A stretch of DNA of 64,000 nucleotides from NCBI GenBank assembly GCA_965178125.1, contig OZ237760.1:124001-188000 (forward strand), given 5' to 3'. The DNA comes from Bilabrum cf. latius (Eukaryota). The number at the start of each line of letters is the position of its first letter. Within the stretch, counting starts at the first letter, position 1. Positions 51,401 to 63,900 of this stretch are shown in pieces. Both the position numbers and the translations under genes were made by a program. The notes beneath the pieces are model-generated. The model worked only from the letters and a program-made list of their open reading frames with translations. It had not been told where the DNA came from and made no database searches.

Positions 51401-52884
51401 GGCTGCGCACGGGCCCGGGGGCGTCACCTCCACCGACGCTGCTGAGCAAGCACGGGTGGGGCTACACGCCCGCCTTCCCATCCTTCGAGACGCCAGGGGC
51501 ACTCAACGTACAGGGCCCGCCGTACAACGCATCTGGGTCGGGCATGGAAGACGCGTGGCCCGGCATACAGCGCGCCATCGAGGACGCGTGTCCCCCTGTC
51601 GGCTCCAAACAGGACCAGCGCAACGACGCCCCACCGAGTAGGGTTGTTGTGCTGCCCAGAGGCACGTACTAGGTGTCCCGCTCTGTCGAAGTGCCGCATG
51701 GCTGTTCCCTGGTCGGGCTAGACTTCGTGCGGACCTACGTGTTCTTCAATGAGAGCGCACCGGTGCCGCCCAGTGGGTTCGTGGTGGACATGATACCAGC
51801 AGCACAGACGAATAGCATCGGTGCAGCTGCTGGCCTCCTCCGAGGCCGTGGCGAGAAAGCCGGCAGCCCGGTCTAGGCCCCTGCCCAGGGTGGCACCTCG
51901 GGTCTGTGGCAGCCCTTGCGAGCGCTGTTCGGGATGCAGGTGATTGTGCCAGTCACCAAGGAGGACGTGCTGGGGGGCGTGCGATGGACCCTCAGCCCAT
52001 CTGCTGCCTCTGTTTCCGCCGAGCATTCGCTGTCGCTGTCGCAGCTGTCGCTTCCCTTGCCCCTGGGCCCCGAGGTGTTCCGACAAGTCCACTCCAAGTG
52101 GCTGCCCACCTGCACGCAACATGGTTCTGCTGCAGTGCAGTGCGGCGGCACTCCCACCACTGCCACAGTTCCCTTGTTTCTGGTTCGAGGCACAGGGAGT
52201 ACTAGTAGTCAGTCAGTTGCAAGCACCGCTTCAACCAACACCAGCAGCAGCAATGTTGGCTTTCCAGATGCTGCATGTGCCTCATCAGAACCAGACTGCC
52301 TGCACGTCCACACGCTCAACGTGGACATGCTTCCCAGCACGATGAATAGAGATTTCCGCATGCTCCTCGTGGCCAACCTTTCGTGCCCCAGCAGGTTCTA
52401 CCACCTCAACACAGAGCACGCCGAGAGCGACGCGAATGCAGAGGTGAGGGACAGCCGAAACGTGACGGTGTACTCGATCAAGAGCGAGGGAAGGTTCGCA
52501 GTGATGTGGCTCAGGCGCACGCAAGGGGTTGGCATCACCTCGTATGGAGGAAACGCGTGTCCATTCAACCTGGGCGGCGGCTACCCGAGCCCGCCAGTCG
52601 GGCAGCCTACGTACGCAAACTACACGCCGTCCATCTTTCGGCTAGAGCAGGCCCAGAGCACAAGGATCTCTGCCATGCAGCCGTGGGCCATGGATGGTAC
52701 CCTCTCAGCAGCAGCGGGTGGGTCCGGCTCCCTTTCGGGTGGGATGCACGGTGCGTATGGGATGGGACCGATCCCGTGCCCGCCGCCGACACAGTTCACG
52801 GCCCTGACGAGGGCAGACGGTGGGCCTGACGGTGTTTAGCAGCATCTGGACCCGCTGAAGCTGCCAGTGATGTTTGAATCGTGA
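48484..52884 (+). CDS. Secreted beta-helix carbohydrate-active protein (Pectate_lyase_3/GH55-like), ~1466 aa; 11 TAGs; TGA stop
   Basis: Signal-peptide-like MLIFASMMLFGVHWQVAA. Two beta-helix N-cap motifs: LDVTKGPF...AMQQAV...LYLPSGRY and LNVQGPPYNASGSGMEDAWPGIQRAI...VVLPRGTY. Many N-x-S/T sequons. Confidence 0.72.
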
Positions 52885-52992
52885 TGCAGCTTGCCACCAA
52901 TAAATGCCTCACACAGCCGTGACGGAAACGATCGGAGCCACTGGCTCCGCGAAGATCCTTCCTCAAAAGCAACAGCATATAGCAGTGCAACA

Positions 52993-55900
52993 ATGTCGAA
53001 ACAGCCAACGGTCACGATCAATGTTTAGATTGTTCCGACAAGTGATATTGTGTCGTGTGAAGTAGCCGAGTCGTCCAAAATGATAGAGGTGCTTGATTCG
53101 ATCCGCAAGTGAGTTTGGGATGGGATGGAAACGTACGTGCGCGCAAGCCTGACCATGCACGAGCTTGAACTGATGTTCCAGCATGTTTGTGTATGCCGAC
53201 ATCTTGCAGACAGTACAAAGAGCGCCCGGGTTTCAAGGCGCTAGGCCTGTCGCAGGCGGTGGCCGAATCTGTAAAAATTCGAGGACTCTTCACTTCACGG
53301 GGTCAAAGCGTTTCGGTCGAGAAGTCGATCAAGGAAACGTTTCCAGATGGAAAGTATGAACTGAAGTGCATCCTCAGTGGAATCGAGAGCGGTGAATCCG
53401 AGGGTGGGAACGCCGGGAAAGCTTCTGAAGGCTCGGGAACGGGGACCGGGGAAAAAGGTCTTGTTCGGCTCCCAGGTGCAATGCGCTTGGAAGAGCCCGT
53501 CGACATAAGCCCTGAAAGTCTGGAGGAAATTCCTGGCTTTGCGGCCGGGAGCCACACGGTAGCCTACATCATGCAGCCTTCAATGCGCGCCATTCGACTC
53601 GCTGTGAATCCATTTCGAACGACTTTGCGGGGTCTGAAGCGGGCGATTGCCTCTGTTGAGTCTATTGATGCTGCTGACTTGTCTGATCCGCTCCATGTCG
53701 TCAAGAGGGATGCACGCCGCTCGCAGTCGTTCGAAGGGCAGCTGCTGCCAGAGGGCTCGCACGCCGCGCCGCCCACTGCCTCGACGTCTAACGCTCCAGT
53801 GGTACCACTTGAAGAAGACGAAGAAGAAGAAGAAGAAGTCGTAGACGGAGAAGAAGAAGGGGATCCTACCAAAGCCCCAAAGAAGAAAACCGACGCGAAG
53901 GCCCCTTTGCCGGCGGACGAGGCTCTCGTCACGATCGAGCTGGCGGGGCGCTGGGCCCCCCTCCTCCCCTCTGGTGACGCGACCGGTGGCGGACGAGGTG
54001 GAGACGGGCCCAACCAGACGGGCGACTCAGACCCAGGCACGGCCGGTGGAGAGGAGGACCCGGGATCGGAAGGCGCCCAGGACGCCGGCTCGCGCCCCCA
54101 TCCACTGCACGCCGAAGACCTCACCCTGGACCGCTGGGGGTTCCTCGACCCGGGGGCACTGCTGGACCCGCCGGTTGCGACCTCTCAGCACAGGGCCACC
54201 ACGGTGGAAAGCGAAGGACCCGCCACGGGGGCGGGCGGGCCGGACCTGGAGTCGCTCGGCGACGGGAGCGCACGCTCCAGCACGCTGCACGTCACACTGT
54301 GCGCCCATTCCGGCGGCGTGTCCAGCCTGGCGGGAGGAGCCGACCACATGGATAACCTGAAGGTCAGCGCGGCGTGGCAGCCGGCCATCGGTGGGGCCCT
54401 CGTGGATCCGCCCAAGGGCTGGCCCAGGCTCTCCCGGATTCCCGCCCCTGTCTGCCTTGGAGACGCTGCTGCCGCTAGCGAGGCCAGTGGGGCGGCTGCC
54501 GCCGGCGAGCCCGCCATGTACCACGCCCGGCCGTTCCTTGAGCAGCCCGTGGAGTCTGCGTGCGATTTGATCAGGACGCAGTCGCAGAAAGGCCTCTCCG
54601 AGCTCCTGTCCTGCCTCTACGTCGCATCGCACTGCATCACGTCGACCACAACCAAGCGCAGCATGGTGGCGCAGGTCAGACGGCTCAGCGGCTCCCCCCA
54701 CGCAGCCCACGCGCTGCGGCTGCTTTTGGCAAAGCGAGCCATGGCTCCCGCGGATAAAGCGGCCCTGAGCACTGCACTGTACTGCATGCTCCGGTCTGCG
54801 CTGCCGCAGTCGATCAAGCCAGACGAGGTGTTCCAGAACGCCCGGCTGGCCATGGGCATGCTTCTGCTGCGAGGAGGAATGATGCGAGTCCCGGCCCCGT
54901 TCGAAGGACAGGCGGCCTGGCTGCAGATGGACCCTCTAGTCGTGAGCTACCTGCCCACCGACTGCACCGACGGAGCAGGGGCGTACAAGAACGTGAGTCT
55001 CCAGTGCGACCTGTCCGCTGCTCGCCTCAAGGACCCTGTGCTTGTGGGGCATGCCTTGCATGAGGACGAGGACGAAGAGGGGGCGGAAGGTCCAGTAGGG
55101 CTGGCAGCAGCAGCAGCAGCACCAGAATCACCGGCCACCCGCAGCGAAGGGGAACAGCCAGCCGGCTCCCTCTCACCAGAGGTGCTGGCCGTGCACAAGA
55201 ACAAGGTCTACTCGCGTAAGGCGGCCCTGGCACGCATCCCAAAGACTCTGGGCGGTACCCTGGAAGACGCCGACAAGGTCACTGCAGGCTGGCAGGGAGT
55301 CACTGCAGCGAACCTTCTGACAGACCACCGCAGGCTGGTGCTGCTGCGGGCCTGTCCGCACGGTACCGCTGCTCCAGTGTGGGCGCCCGTCCCGCTGGTC
55401 TCGGCCAGTCCGGAGATGGCAGCTAAGGTACAGCTCGGAGCAGATGACCGGACGGACGGCGTCGGTCTGCACGGTGATGCGACGGAGGCTACTCCTGCTC
55501 CTGGGGGCGAAGACCGACCATCTGACGCAGACGCAACCGCGGCCGGTGCCAGCGACGATCCCATGCCCAGCGAGCACAAGGTTGTGGGGGAGGCGACGAG
55601 GGACAGGTACCGGCCCTCCCTCGTGGGCACAGCCCGGGGACCTGCCCCGCTGTACCTTGCGATCTCCAGGGGTGGCTCCATCAAGAGGCTGGCTCAGCAG
55701 CTGGGTGATCTGCCTCGTAAGGCACCTGGCATGGCCATCGTGCATCCCAGCGCCCTGGGCTCGGTGCACGACGCGCAGCTGACTCTGGACGAGAGCGGGA
55801 GGGTGGTGGTGTTCACCCGACGGGCCAAATCCGCTACCGCTTCCACCATGCTGTACGATCCAGTGCTGGGGGATGAGCGAGCCGTGGACAAGGACACCGT

Positions 55901-58900
55901 AGCAGAAAAGCTGCAGGAGATGGGCATCGACGGCGCCAGCACGCTGGACAATCTTGACGTCCAGGACAGGGAGCCCGAGGAAGCCGTGGTCTTGTGCGTG
56001 GACACGAGCTAGTCCATGTGGAGGTACTGCTTTCCAGACCCGGGCGAGTTCGACCAGGACCGGTTCAGGCAGGACCTAAAGGCTGTGTACGTGCGGGCGC
56101 TGTCGAGACCGGATGCTACGGGCGCCGTGGCCCGCCAATTCGCGCTGGATCGAGTCGAGCACTATTACCCCGGGGCTGAGCTGGACGAGGGAGACACGCA
56201 GCGGCTTGTTGGCCGGCTGTCCATGACTGCCATCCTTCCGCTGCTTCGGCGCATCTACGCCGGGGGACTCTCGGGCCCGGCCATGCGGGAGACGTAGCGA
56301 CTTTTCGTGGTGGAAGAGCTCGCTGAAATACTGATGGACGCCAAGGAGTGTTCTGCGCAGGTCATCAGCCGCGCGAGGAGGAGGCTCCAGCTGCAGTGCG
56401 CTGCAAGCGCCGCGCAGCTGGTGGACGTGCTGGAGGCCGGCCCAAGCGAAGAGGACGACGAAGAGGAGGCGGGCGCTGCAGGTGCCGGCAGCGCGGCCGC
56501 AGGGGAGCCCGTGTCAGGCGTGCCGCCCGGGCCGCCTTCGGCTGCGAGCCGCGCAAGAGCCGACCCCAACGGGTGGATGCTCACAGATCCGGGAACCGTA
56601 GGAGAGGGAGCCCCCGAGGAACTGCGGTGCCCGCTGACGGGGAGGCTGTTCCGAGACCCCGTGCGGGTCCACTCTGGCCAGGTGTTTGAGCGACAGGCTC
56701 TCCGGAAGTTCCTTGCTCGCGACGACCGCTCTTTCTGCAGCGCTCCGCAGTGCCTCCTTGACATGGTAGAGAAGGGGTATGGCCTGACCGAAGAAGAGCT
56801 CAAGCTCTCTGCAGACGCCGAGAAGCTGCGAGCAGTGCGGAGATGGCTGCAGGAGCACCCCTCGGGCATCGTCAGTGAGAACGACGCGGAGAGGGCGACC
56901 GGGGCGGGTGGTGGCGACTCCATTTCGAGGGCTCCATTTAGGAGAACGCGAGGGCACTGGTTCGTCTCAAGGGTGCTTGAAGACCGCCGGAGCCAGATCG
57001 CCCATGTCAACACGGTTCCGGTGATGCTGCACAGCAATATGACTGAGCGAGCTGCCTGTCTATCCATCTGGCAGCAGAGGGGGTATTAGGAAGACTTTCG
57101 GCCAACCGTGTCCTCTCTGTGGCACAACAAGAGACGCACCGGCGATGGTTTTTCCACGGGATCTACCCTTGGAGGGGGTGATTCTTCATCGCTCCGCCAC
57201 ATGCTGCAGAGTATTGGGATCGCTTATACAACACCGCGCTGGCATCATGGCCCGCAGCGGTGGCCTAGCGCGTTCGAGGATGAGGAGCTGCGCCTGACAC
57301 CGCGATTCTTTGGATTACCCAACCCCATCACAAGTTAGGGCCTGTCGGAGGAGGAGATAGAGGAGAGGGCCGGGCAGGGGGTGGTTCTGCCACCAGCCAT
57401 CCTGGAGCCCCTGCCTCGGTTCGTGGACCAATCCAAGAACCCGGATCGCATGTCTCGCATCCTCACAGTCAAACAGCTCTTTGGGGCGTACCTCGACCGC
57501 ACGCGAGCCTTTGATCTGCCGCAGGAGATCGGCCTGGTGACGTTCAGCGACAGCCCCAAGATGCAGTGCGCCATCACGCCGGCCTTCGAGCGGTTCCGCA
57601 GCGAGCTGGAGGAGATGGAGCAGGACGGTGAGACAGCCATGGTGGACGCGATCGACCTCTCGCGAAAGACTTTGATGTCGTGGCGAGACCGCGTGCTTCG
57701 GAGAAGGCTGGACAAAGGCGTGGTGGGGTTGCGCCCGCCTCGACTGCGGATCGTGTGCCTTTCCGACGGCGTGGACACGTCCTCCTCGAGCGAGCCGCAA
57801 GAGGTGGCCACCGCTCTTCGGGCCGAAGGCATCGTGCTGGACGGCGTAGTGGTGGGTGAAAACACGAACGAAAACCTGCATCAGATGGCCAAGTTCACCG
57901 AGGGCTACTCCTTCCACCCCTCTACCATCTTCGATGCGCTGCAGCTGTGCGAGCTGGAGACTTTCCTCTCCTGCGGAAATCGGCCCAAGCCCCCGCCCCC
58001 GGACCGCGCCATGTCAGGCAGGCGCGATCTCACCCGCCTCGATGCCTACAACTCGGCGCAGTGTCCCCTGGATGTGTGCGCGGGAGGACGAGTGCCAGAG
58101 GCCAGAGCGGATCCCAGGGCCAGCGCGTAGGCTCATAGCCTGGAAGTGGCCATCAAGGCGCTGGAGCAGAAGGAGGAAGAGGCAAAGAGCAGCGGGGGCA
58201 AGCCCGATGGAGCTGCTGAGGATGCCTCGCCTGCCCAGGGGGAGACGGACCCGGCCGCTTCAACGCCCACGGCGGAGGAGGAGCTGGCAGCCATGGAACA
58301 AGCTGGTGCAGTGGGCAGCACAAGCTCGAGCCCCGCCAAACCCTCTGCCGCGGCCTCCAGCGAGGACGCCGCACCTGCTGCTCGGGCCCGTCGAGACCCA
58401 GCGAGCATCGCTGAGATTATCAAGCAGCTCAGGGTGCTGCACCGGTCCCCGCATCCCGCCTTCAAGGTGTATCCCAACGCGGACGACGTCACCTACTGGC
58501 GCGCCACGATGCGAGGACCAGACGACACGCCGTACCAGGGCGGAGTGTGGGTGCTGCAGGTGGACTTCCCGCCGGGGTACCCAGACGCCGCACCAAAGGT
58601 GCGGTTTCTGACGCCCATGCGACACATCAACGTGTCAATCTAGGGCAGGGTGTGCCACGCCATCCTGGACCGTGCGTGGTCTCCAGAGGTACAGATGCGC
58701 GACGTGTTTGACCAGATCTACGGTCTGATGATGACCCCCGAGCTTGACGATCCCTTGGACTCGAACCTAGCCAGCATGCTGCAGAACTCCGACGGGCGCG
58801 GCGTGTATGACGTCACCGTGCGGAACTTCGTGGAGGCGCATGCCATGCGGCGGACTGAGGAAGAGTGGGGAGAGAGACTGACGAGGGAGAGGCCAGCGAG

Positions 58901-59888
58901 CGGCGGGCGGGCGCACTGGGACGATGACGGCGATGAGGACGATGAGGACGATGGGGCGGCAGCTGGAGGGGGTGATGGCGATGGCGGTGGCGATGGGTTT
59001 GCCACCGTAGCCGTTCTGGCGGGCACTGGAGATCTGCTGGACCAGCGGGCGCAGCGCGTTGCACTCGACGACCCAGCTCTTGCGGACCGGGTGCAGGCAT
59101 CCACGCTTATGGGGGATGCCGGCCGAAGCGCCCGCCAGGCCCTTGTGGTTGCACATGCAGCTGATCGCATGCGGGATGAGAGCGCTGAAGTATTCCACAG
59201 CGACGAACCCAGCCCTGCCATGGCCGAGGCCATGAAGCTGACAGGGGAAGGTGAAGTGCTCGAGCGACGCGCCATGGCAGCATTCATGCGCGCGTCCGTC
59301 GAAATCAACATGCTGGCTGCATCTATGGGGGATAACCCCGCCATGCGCTCGCGGCTGCAGCGGCTCAAGGTGGAGATCGTGCTGAAACAGGCCATCCGGC
59401 ACCACCAGGAAGAATCAGAGGAAGCGGGAGAGGGAGAGGGCGATGGCAGCGATGGCAGTGACAACGATAGCCAAGCTAGCGAAGAGCCCGGTGCCAGTGG
59501 CGAGAACCAGGACGATGACCAGGACGAGTCTGCTGGTGGTGGTGATGGCAGCAGCGGAGCCGAGCGCCCGCCGGACTATCCAACCGCAGCCGAACTCGCA
59601 GGGACTGGGGATCTGCTTCACAGGCGGGTCGAGGCGATCACAGCAGTGGACCCTGAAGCCCGCCGCGTGCTTGCATTGCAGTAGATCCTCGGGTCACCGG
59701 AGAGCGTGGAGCTATTGATGCAGCGGATCGTGCTCGTCACTGCGATCAGGCAGATAGAGGAAGGCGATGGGGGAGCAAGTGGCGGCAGAGGAGGGAATGA
59801 TGGTGGCGGTGGCGGGGATACTGGTGGAGGCAACAACTCGGAGGGCAACGGCGACGATGACGGAGAGGTGCCCTGCAGGCCCTCGTAA
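52993..59888 (+). CDS. Multidomain ubiquitin-system protein: putative N-terminal Ubl, vWA, U-box and UBC (E2) domains, ~2264 aa. Exons 52993-53108 and 53210-59888; 8 TAGs; TAA stop.
   Basis: vWA MIDAS VVLCVDTS(Q)SM (~55986), with the rest of the vWA (IGLVTFS, GETAMVDAI, RIVCLSDGVDTSS) at ~57450-57950. U-box PEELRCPLTGRLFRDPV..SGQVFERQAL (~56610). UBC W...GPDDTPYQGG...FPPGYP...RHINVSI(Q)GRVCHAILDRAWSP (~58420-58850). The 101-bp GTGAGT...GCAG intron is in phase. Confidence 0.85.
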
Positions 59889-60098
59889 TGTGGATCCGGA
59901 TATGGCGTGGTTGACTGCAAGCGGCTGGGCGGGCTGCAGGACGCTTCCTGTTTAGTATCAGGCCCGCACGTCGGTATCCATTCTTGGGTACAGGAACCGC
60001 TTTAGCCACCCAAGTTGTTCCGGTTTACTGTTCTATATTTTGCGTGTGCGTTCGGTACGAAGCAAAACAAATAAAAACTCGAAAGGAACACATACGGG

Positions 60099-60779
60099 AT
60101 GGTGCTTACATGGACAGCACGTATAGTTGTCGTCGGACTTGCCGGGTTTTCGCCGATGGGAGTACTCCATCACTCCATCTTGCTGCTCGAGAACAGCGGT
60201 TCTGCTGATCGCATTGCGATCGAGTACCATGCCTAGACGTACGAGCCAGTGAAGAATTACTACGCCGAAGAGTTGAATAATGACGTTTTTGTCTACCACG
60301 TCAAGCCGGGTACCGATTTGAGGTAGGTGGCGGGCACTACCAAAGCGTACCCGGTGCCGATTGCTGCTGTGACTCGGGCCGCAGCTCATTTGTCGGCAAG
60401 TGGGACGTTCACCAGTGAATCGTACGATGTCAGTGGTATGCGCTCGTGGAAAGTTACCAATTGCCAGCGTTTTATTGTGACGCTCTGTCGCGCTGTTCCA
60501 GAACTAGCCGACTTACTTGCAGACTACAATGAAGGCTTCAAGACATACACAGGAGATTTTGGCGATCTCGAACAGATAAAGTAGTACCTACCTAAGCGGT
60601 GGCTCGACCTCATCAAGCGCATTGCTGCAACCCGTCCCAAGATCCTAGCCGAGGCGGAAATCGATGCCCTTGAAAGGGAGGGTGAATCTCTTGCAGAACA
60701 GGGACATGGAACATATCAAACCATGGAGATCTTGTACAATAGGCACAGCGGTCGCTTCAATATGCCTGGCAGCGCCTGA
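60099..60779 (+). CDS. Small protein with a permuted papain-fold (PPPDE/LRAT/NlpC-like) signature, ~226 aa; TAG at 60234, 60324, 60582; TGA stop
   Basis: Open frame from ATG 60099 to TGA 60777 when TAG is read through. An early HHSILL...AIEY is followed by SYDV...NCQRF. Confidence 0.55.
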
Positions 60780-60921
60780 ACGATGGAAATACAGGCGTAT
60801 TGGGCCGCAAGTTGGTATGCAAAATCAAGCTCGCCCAGCTTCCGATGCATCGAAGCTTGGTTTTGGTTCCACGACTTGTATATACCGATAAACTTACTTG
60901 CTAGCTCATTCGATTCTGCAA

Positions 60922-63900
60922 TCACAAGTGCTCGCTGCTGACGGCCGGCTGCCCCTCGCTACCTCCGGATGCTGCCCCCACGCCAGCCCTCCCTCTCGAC
61001 TCAACGGCAGCGTACAGCGCATCGCCCAGCGCGGCTCGAGCCGCTGCCCCTGTCTCGGGCCCGCTCAGCGCCCGCAGAACAGCCATCCTGGCCTCGGCCA
61101 GAGCCAGACTGGGCAGGGGCACCGGTGCAAGGAGGGCTTCCACGAGCCCTGGGGCTCCAGAGGCGATGGCCAGCTGGCCCCATCCGGTCGCTCTCGGGTC
61201 GGGTTCCCCAGGCGACGATACCGTCGATTGCTCGTTGCTGTCTGTTTGTGCCGGCTGCGCTGCAAGCGCCAGCAACAGGTCGTAGCCGGCCAGCTTGTGG
61301 GCCTCCTCTGGATGCGGCAGCAAGACGTTGTGCGCGAGCGCGGGCAGCGTGGACGTCTGGCCAGCCCTACGGGTCCCATGGTTATCGTGCACCCAGGCCG
61401 TGTACTCCTCCGCTAGCGTCTCAGCCAATGACCGAGGCGGTGCCCCCCTCGGAGCGGTGGATCGCCACTCTTTGCGAGCCTCAGGGGACAGGTCGTCCTC
61501 CCCTCGCTTCCGGCCCGAGGGGAGTCGGCCCCCGCGCCAGCCGCAGTGGATGCCCCAGAACGCACCAGCGAGCATCATGCGGCCGACCAGCTGCGCGCTC
61601 GGCATAATGACCGCGCCGGATGCTCCGGTAGACCTCGCCGAGAGCACGATGATGGCATCGCATGCCGCGCTCTCCTCCGAGCTGCAGGCGAACCCCTGCA
61701 GCTCGAGGAGACTTGCCACCGCCTAGCTAGACGGAGCCAGAGGTGATGATGATGATTGCGCTGCCCCCGCGCTTGTTCTATCCCCTTCTCCCCCCTCCAC
61801 TGCTTCGTCACCGTCACCGTCACCGTCACCGTCACCGTCACCGTCACCGTCACCGTCACCATCATCCATCGCCTTGCTCTCGGTGGCACCTGCCCCAGTG
61901 GCGGCTGCGCGGCCCGAGCTGGCAGCGACCGTCGCACCAGTGGCACGGGCAGCCTCTTCATCGCGGGAGCTGGACACCAGCGCATCCCTCTCTGCCAGCA
62001 GCGCCGTCTGCCTCGTGCTGAGCCCCGCCTCTGCGTCCCCCTTCCTGACACCAGTCAGCGCCACGGACGATGGCGCGGGTGCCGCATCGGTGTCCTGCGG
62101 CGCGTCGGACGTCCCATGGTCCAGCGCCCCCGCACCGGCCTGCAGCACCGCAGCTAGTTGCATCCCAGCCGATTTGGCCAGGACAAGGCCGCGCGATTGT
62201 GCCGCTGCTGCGCCCGCCACATCGCCCCCCTCGCGCAGCAGCTTGGAGCTGGCGGCCATTGCCAGCACAGCATCGGCGCCGGCACGCGCGGGCGGTTCCG
62301 GTACCGCCGATGCTCTTAGCACCCGCGCCAGGCAGCGCGCTGCCGTCTGCCTGAGGTCCGGCTCGGTTCCCGTGGCTGCCTCTGCCACCGCCCCGAGGAG
62401 CCTGGGGAACTTGCGGAGGGCCACTTGGAGGCACCCCGGGTCCTGAGCCATCAGGGAGCAGGCGGCGCCCACCAGCTGTGAGGTGTCCTCTGATGACATC
62501 GAGGCGGATGAGGCGGCGAGGGAGGCCGTGGCTCGAAGCAGAACGGGGACGGCCACTGCTCGCCTGGATAGGGTCACCATATGGGCGGCCTGCGCTATAT
62601 GCGAGTCGCCGCCTGCTGGCGACACTGACTCGCTGCCGGAGGCCCTGACGAGTGCTTCCTCCCCTGCTAGGTGCAGCAGCGACTGCACAACCGTGCAGTG
62701 CACCTTAGAAAGCACCGCAGCGCACTGCACCCCGAGGAACCCGTCGGGATCGCCGAGCCCACCCGCCAGGCCGGGCGTGTCACCGTCTAACTGCCTCATC
62801 TGCTCAACAGATACATGCAGCGCGCCCCGCACGGCGGTTCTCTGCCCTGCACCCAGCTGCCGCAGCATGGACCACTCGGGCAGTGGACCCTCTCCCTCCC
62901 GATTAGCGGGCACAGTGCCGGTCACCGGCCCGAGCGCCATCCCGGCGGCACCCGCCACAGCCCTCAGGCACTTGAGTCCACCCTACCCCTACCCCCCCTC
63001 TTCTCCTTCTCCTTCTACCTTTCCAGTGCTCACTTCGCTCCCCTCCTCCGAGAACAGCACCCGCGCCCCCTCCACAGAGGAAGCGAGAGCGGGCAGGCAG
63101 CCCAGCGCGTTCATTGCCAGGAGCGGGTCACCAAGGGAGCTGTGGCAGAGGGTGAGGAGGGCCCCCGTGGCACCGCTGGCCCGCGCCAGGGAACAAGCCA
63201 GGGGGCACCCTGCCAGGAGGGTTGCGACCAAGTGCGCCCCTCGGACCTGCAGCGAGGACGGGTCATCACCGTCCCCGTCCTCCATCGGAGTGCTGCTGCC
63301 TTGCGCATCATTGCCGGCTGCGCCAGAGCCTGTGCCCGATGGGCCCGAGCCCGGTCCAAATGAGCCGCGAGTCGATATCCCGCAGGCTTGCATGATGGCA
63401 GCGAGAAGGCCACATGCTGCCTTGCTCGCCTTGCTGCCCGCTCGAGCACTTGCTCCGTGCACCAGGAGAGCGAGCGAGAGCGATTCGGCCAAGGCAGCCT
63501 CTACCAGATCCTACCCCGCGAGCGACCGACATAAAGAAGACTGCAGAACGGCAAAGACTGCCTGGAATTCCGATGCATGGGGCTTTGCAGGACCTGCTGC
63601 CAAATTTCCGGCGGGCGCGCTCGTGCTGTCGCTTCCACCCCACAGCGCAGCTGCAGCCGCAGCCGACGCGACGAGCCCAAACCCGGACTCTTTGGAACGC
63701 TGCGCCACGCAGACCTGACGGGCACGCCGAATGATCACGGCGGCTTGGGGCTTGCCGGAATTCGAATCGGCTGCACCGGCACACGAAGCAGCGTAGGCCT
63801 CTCGGTCGTCGCGCCTGCTGGGAGCAAGACACGGCAGGGGACATGTCGGCGGCGCAAGCAAGCGGATCAGTGCCCTCATTGAGGCCATTCTGACCTCGCG

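Noticed and set aside
61807-61860. Tandem repeat as a CRISPR array or telomeric seed
   Set aside because: No spacers; it is an in-frame coding microsatellite (Gly-Asp).
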